64,000 nucleotides of DNA from Acetatifactor sp. Lineage in GTDB: Bacteria; Bacillota; Clostridia; Lachnospirales; Lachnospiraceae. A program made the translations under genes and the position numbers. A model generated the notes under the pieces. It was not told where the DNA came from. It worked only from the letters and a program-made list of their open reading frames with translations, and did no database searches. The DNA lies in contig JAZNQI010000046.1 in assembly GCA_045590095.1 (NCBI GenBank), positions 22,821-86,820 of the forward strand, written 5' to 3'. Position 1 is the first letter of the stretch, and each line of letters begins with the position of its first letter. This document shows positions 60,014 to 64,000 of this stretch, one piece after another.

Positions 60014-60464
60014 AATAGTACTTCTTATTACCCCATAGATTCTTTTTCTTTAATTCCAGATATTCGTTATATGCTTTTTCCAATATCTGCTTTTCATTTG
60101 AAAATTTCAATAAATGATAAGCTTCATGGAACTTGTAATAGCCGGAATCAACAAAGTATTCTTCCTTTTGTGGCTTGCTGTAATAACTATCCGCCATCAT
60201 TAAGTACCAATGAACCTCTTTTTCGACTACATCTTCCGGAACTGTGAAAGTGTACTCGCTTTTTCCGACATACTTAATAATTGACGCTTTCGCACCGGAT
60301 TCTTCCAAAACTTCACGCAAAGCAGTATCCTTATACTCTTCTCCTGCTTCTACTGTACCTTTCGGTAAAACCCAGCCTTCGTATTTATTCTTGTAATTTT
60401 TATACAAGAGTAAAATTTTTCCACGAAAAATTACCACACCACCACAGCTTGTTGCTTCAATCAT
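60012..60464 (-). CDS. NUDIX hydrolase (Ap4A hydrolase-like)
   Basis: SCGGVV and WVLPKGTVEAGE...ALREVLEESG. Confidence 0.9.
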   Translation of the reverse strand: MIEATSCGGVVIFRGKILLLYKNYKNKYEGWVLPKGTVEAGEEYKDTALREVLEESGAKASIIKYVGKSEYTFTVPEDVVEKEVHWYLMMADSYYSKPQKEEYFVDSGYYKFHEAYHLLKFSNEKQILEKAYNEYLELKKKNLWGNKKYY

Positions 60465-60536
60465 TGCAATTCCTCCTGATTTGGTGTGTCATATAGACTA
60501 AACTTAGTATATTCTATATTTAGAATTATAGCAAGT

Positions 60537-62003
60537 CTAATTTTGTGATTCTTCAAAATATGCATCAAATACTCGTCTGGCCATTGGTACGGCATAGTCA
60601 CCGCCCGAACCTGCACCTTCGATAATAACAGTAACTGCAATTTCGGGATTTTCCGCAGGTGCAAAGCCTGTAAACCATGCATGGGAATCTTCTTTGTTGC
60701 TGTTATATTCTGCCGAACCGGTTTTGCCGCCTGCAGTATAACCATACCCTTTTAATCGAGTACCGGTACCGCTGTTTACCACTTCAACCATCATTTCACG
60801 CAAAATCTGACTTTCCTCTGCGGACAATAATTGACCATAATTGGTTGGTGAATATGTTTTTAAACTATCGCCATAAGCATCTGTTATTGAATCCACAAGA
60901 TAAGGTTTCATAAGCATACCATCATTAGCAATAGCACAAGTAATCATGTTTAGGTGTAAGGGCGTAATAAGAACTTTACCCTGTCCGATAGATGTCTGCA
61001 TCATATCAATGTCTGTTAGTTCGGTTATTTCCGGAATGCTGCTCTGGCTATAAAGATAATCCCAAGGTAATTTATCATTAAACATTAAAGAATCTAAGGT
61101 TTCCGAGAATGCTTTTCTATCAAGTCCCATACCGATGTTTGCATAGGATGAATTACATGATTTAGAGAATGAGGTTAACAAGGAAACACGATTATGAACA
61201 CTTCCGTGATAACATTTAATTCTTTCGTTTCCGAATTTATAGCTGCCGCTACAGTTGTAACTGTATTTGTTGTAGGTTTCAGGGTTTTGCCTGATATATT
61301 CCAACGAAGTAATTATTTTAAAAGTTGATCCCGGGGGATACAGACCTTGAGATACACGGTTAAGTAAAACCGTACTTTCTGAATCGCTCTGTAAAGAATC
61401 CCACATCTCAACAATTTCGTTTGGATTAAAATCAGGCTTGGAAACCATAGCCAGAACACGTCCTGTAGAGATTTCAGTTACAATGATGGCACCTGTATAG
61501 GTCCCTAATGCCCTGTTTGCTGCTTTTTGAATATCTGTATCAAGGGTTGTAATCACATTGTTTCCCGGATTTTTGACGCCGGCTGCAGTATTTGCAATTT
61601 TGTCAGACATATTAATATCTGAATTAATCAAATAATAATTTGCATATGCTTCAATTCCTGTTTTGCCGTTCGTAGAGAATCCCACTACATGAGAAAAGGT
61701 ATTCTCATAAGGATAGTATCTTGTCTCGCTTCCGTCTTTCAAAAAAACTGTAGTTGCCAATACATTCCCATCAGAAGAATAAATGGTGCCGCGATAATTT
61801 TGAGATAAAATAATTTCCTGCCGGGAATTATAACTATTATCAATCATTTCCTGTTTATTTGTTGCAACGAAATATCCAAGATAAACTAACATGGCGACAA
61901 ATAAACATGTAAAGAAAATCATCACACTAATCATTTCGCGTGAATTCTCAAGAATTTTATCATTATTCAGTTTTGATTTGTTCTGTTTCCGCTCTTTCAT
62001 CAA
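60537..62003 (-). CDS. Class B penicillin-binding protein (short PbpA type)
   Basis: TM, RGTIYS, PPGSTFK, SCN and GKTG. Confidence 0.9.
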   Translation of the reverse strand: MMKERKQNKSKLNNDKILENSREMISVMIFFTCLFVAMLVYLGYFVATNKQEMIDNSYNSRQEIILSQNYRGTIYSSDGNVLATTVFLKDGSETRYYPYENTFSHVVGFSTNGKTGIEAYANYYLINSDINMSDKIANTAAGVKNPGNNVITTLDTDIQKAANRALGTYTGAIIVTEISTGRVLAMVSKPDFNPNEIVEMWDSLQSDSESTVLLNRVSQGLYPPGSTFKIITSLEYIRQNPETYNKYSYNCSGSYKFGNERIKCYHGSVHNRVSLLTSFSKSCNSSYANIGMGLDRKAFSETLDSLMFNDKLPWDYLYSQSSIPEITELTDIDMMQTSIGQGKVLITPLHLNMITCAIANDGMLMKPYLVDSITDAYGDSLKTYSPTNYGQLLSAEESQILREMMVEVVNSGTGTRLKGYGYTAGGKTGSAEYNSNKEDSHAWFTGFAPAENPEIAVTVIIEGAGSGGDYAVPMARRVFDAYFEESQN

Positions 62004-63423
62004 AAACCTCTTCTGATTCTAATATTTCCTGCTCTTGAGACTGGTCCAAATCAATAATAGTATCGTCTTCGCATGTGGTATCATTTTCAATAATTTGTGT
62101 TTGGTTTATTTTATGAATACTTAAAAATATAAAAAACATTATCATTACCGATACAATGGAACTTCCGCCGTAACTGATTAGTGGTAATGTAACACCTGTT
62201 AAAGGTATGAATTTAATTCCGCCGCCTATGGTTAAGAATACTTGGAATATATACAAAACGGAAAGTCCGAATGCAGTTAAACGATAAAATTTATTGTTAC
62301 ACTTTAAAGCAATTTTTATCATTAACATGAAACAGGTAATAATTAAGATTACCAACAAAATACCAAATACGGCTCCGATTTCTTCGCATATGGAAGAAAA
62401 AATGAAGTCCACTTCAACAAAGGGTATATCATCAGGCACTCCTTTATATAATCCCATTCCAAACCAACTGCCTGTTCCGATAGCAAATAGAGATTGTGTA
62501 ATCTGATAACCTTTATTATCAATGTATGACCAAGGATCTGCCCAGGCTAATACTCTCGTTTGTATATGTGAAAATAAATAAAATGCAAGAATGGATGCAA
62601 TGCATCCGCCGGCAATACCAATGAGAAGGTATAGATATTTGCGACTTGCAACAAATAACATAGCCAAATAAGTGATAAAGAAAATCAAAGCGCTTCCTAA
62701 ATCAGTAGACAAAACAAGTAAAATAATATGAGCACCGGCAATAGAGCTGGTGATTAGTAAACGAACCAAGCTTGTACTTTCGGCTAAAGCACCTGCAATA
62801 AATAATACAAAAAGAATTTTAACTAATTCCGAAGGTTGAAAAGAAAAACCGCTTATTGTAAGACTTAATTTGGAACCATATGTGGTTTCGCCTAACAGAA
62901 AAACAACTCCTAATAAAAGAGCGCCGAATACGGAATAAAACCATGTAAGCTTTGGAAGTATGTGTGTTTTAGTAATCAGTAACGGAATAAAAATACATAT
63001 AACATATGAAATGCATATGATTTCAAATTGACGGATTGCTTTTTCAGTGGATAATCTTGATATCATAATTAATCCAATACCTAAAAACATACACATTTGT
63101 GCAAATAATGTATAATTAATTTTTCGATATATAAGCGGAGTTATAACTAATATTATCAACAAAAAAAGTTGAACAGAAATATATATTGTAAGATAGGTCC
63201 AATCCTTGCTGTTATAGGCCAAATTAAAAAAAGCAGTTAATTGTATGGCAAATATCCAAAAGCATTGTCTGATATAAGTAAAAATACTTTGGTTATTATT
63301 TTGATTTACCAGTGCATAAAAACAATCAAAGACGAAAAATATCATACAAAATGCTATAATATAATTCGATATCATAACAAGAAATATAAGCATTTCCCGT
63401 GAGAATAAACTCTCCATGTGCAT
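61963..63423 (-). CDS. FtsW/RodA/SpoVE family SEDS protein
   Basis: FQPSE, DLGSA, GYQITQS, DFIF and PLTGVTLPLISYGGSS. Confidence 0.92.
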   Translation of the reverse strand: MHMESLFSREMLIFLVMISNYIIAFCMIFFVFDCFYALVNQNNNQSIFTYIRQCFWIFAIQLTAFFNLAYNSKDWTYLTIYISVQLFLLIILVITPLIYRKINYTLFAQMCMFLGIGLIMISRLSTEKAIRQFEIICISYVICIFIPLLITKTHILPKLTWFYSVFGALLLGVVFLLGETTYGSKLSLTISGFSFQPSELVKILFVLFIAGALAESTSLVRLLITSSIAGAHIILLVLSTDLGSALIFFITYLAMLFVASRKYLYLLIGIAGGCIASILAFYLFSHIQTRVLAWADPWSYIDNKGYQITQSLFAIGTGSWFGMGLYKGVPDDIPFVEVDFIFSSICEEIGAVFGILLVILIITCFMLMIKIALKCNNKFYRLTAFGLSVLYIFQVFLTIGGGIKFIPLTGVTLPLISYGGSSIVSVMIMFFIFLSIHKINQTQIIENDTTCEDDTIIDLDQSQEQEILESEEVFDERAETEQIKTE

Positions 63424-63442
63424 ACTCCTCTATTGATAATAC

Positions 63443-64000
63443 TTATAATACCCCACGTTTCTCGTGACCTGTAGTATATTCCTCAAATGGTGGTGTCGTC
63501 AACCTGTTTGCCCCATTCTTAAGGAAAAATTCAAGAATTGCCAAGGTTTCCTTTGGAGATTCTACTGTAAAAGCTAACTTTTTGTCATAAATATCTCCTG
63601 ACTTTGCAATCTCTTTATGAAGAGAAAGCGGCAAAGAATTCAGTATAATATTATAACAGTAATCACAACGGTTCATTACCGGGAATTTTTTATTGAAACG
63701 ATCCTGTAAAAAAGATGAAGCAGCTTTACTCTTCTTTTGACATTTCCCGGTGGTCTTTAGAACACAATTGGCAGTAATCATCATTGGTATATATCCATAA
63801 ACCATTTTTTCAAAAGAATGATTTTCAAATAAAGCGTACCATTCTTTTTTATTCAGTTCCAAAGGACATGTAATTTCTTCGGTTTTAGTTGTCCAAAAAT
63901 CTAAGGCGTATTTGTTCCAGATATAAATACCGGTATCACCGTATATTTTTCCGGTGTAATTCTGATTCTTTAAATAAGAGAATTCCTCAATATTTCGAAC
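63443..64000 (-). CDS. C-terminal part of a large U32 family protein (partial; continues beyond the window)
   Basis: Frame open to 64000 (VRNIEE...IYIWN...PLELN), YGYIPMMITANC, DRFNKKFPV...C..CYNIILN and TTGH..RGV. Confidence 0.75.
   Translation of the reverse strand, partial: VRNIEEFSYLKNQNYTGKIYGDTGIYIWNKYALDFWTTKTEEITCPLELNKKEWYALFENHSFEKMVYGYIPMMITANCVLKTTGKCQKKSKAASSFLQDRFNKKFPVMNRCDYCYNIILNSLPLSLHKEIAKSGDIYDKKLAFTVESPKETLAILEFFLKNGANRLTTPPFEEYTTGHEKRGVL

Noticed and set aside
63443-63862. Apparent stand-alone 139-aa ORF
   Set aside because: The frame stays open to the window edge; it is the C-terminus of a larger U32-family gene.

Overview
Low-GC Firmicute core chromosome segment; gene content and order fit Lachnospiraceae (inference). 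It contains mreB-mreCD-pbp2-minCDE-rodA-mgsA-dac, yggS-sepF-aroB-lspA-rluD, rplU-prp-rpmA-obg-yhbY-nadD-yqeK-rsfS, lexA/yneA, a Xer-type recombinase, radical SAM/RNase G genes, hisZGDB-(F')IE, recU, coaD-rsmD, parE-parC-like topoisomerase genes, recG-yloV-yloU, rpmB and a second SEDS/bPBP pair. I saw no rRNA, tRNA, CRISPR array, IS or prophage. Gene orientation flips from almost all + to almost all - across about 21-26 kb, as expected at a replication terminus. At the final convergence point lies a 14-6-14 near-palindrome (25806-25839), 2 kb from a lone XerS-sized recombinase: a candidate single-recombinase Xer/dif system. Two chromosome-resolution enzymes lack catalytic residues through single-base changes: ParC/GyrA has Phe120 at the active-site Tyr, and RecU has Ala77 at the (D/E)xK acid. 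Other points: a degenerate HisF-like barrel fused to HisIE, NrdR-like boxes at the parE promoter, a symmetric five-box LexA array, degenerate MreB/MgsA/HD-GYP motifs and an unlisted 54-aa membrane protein.
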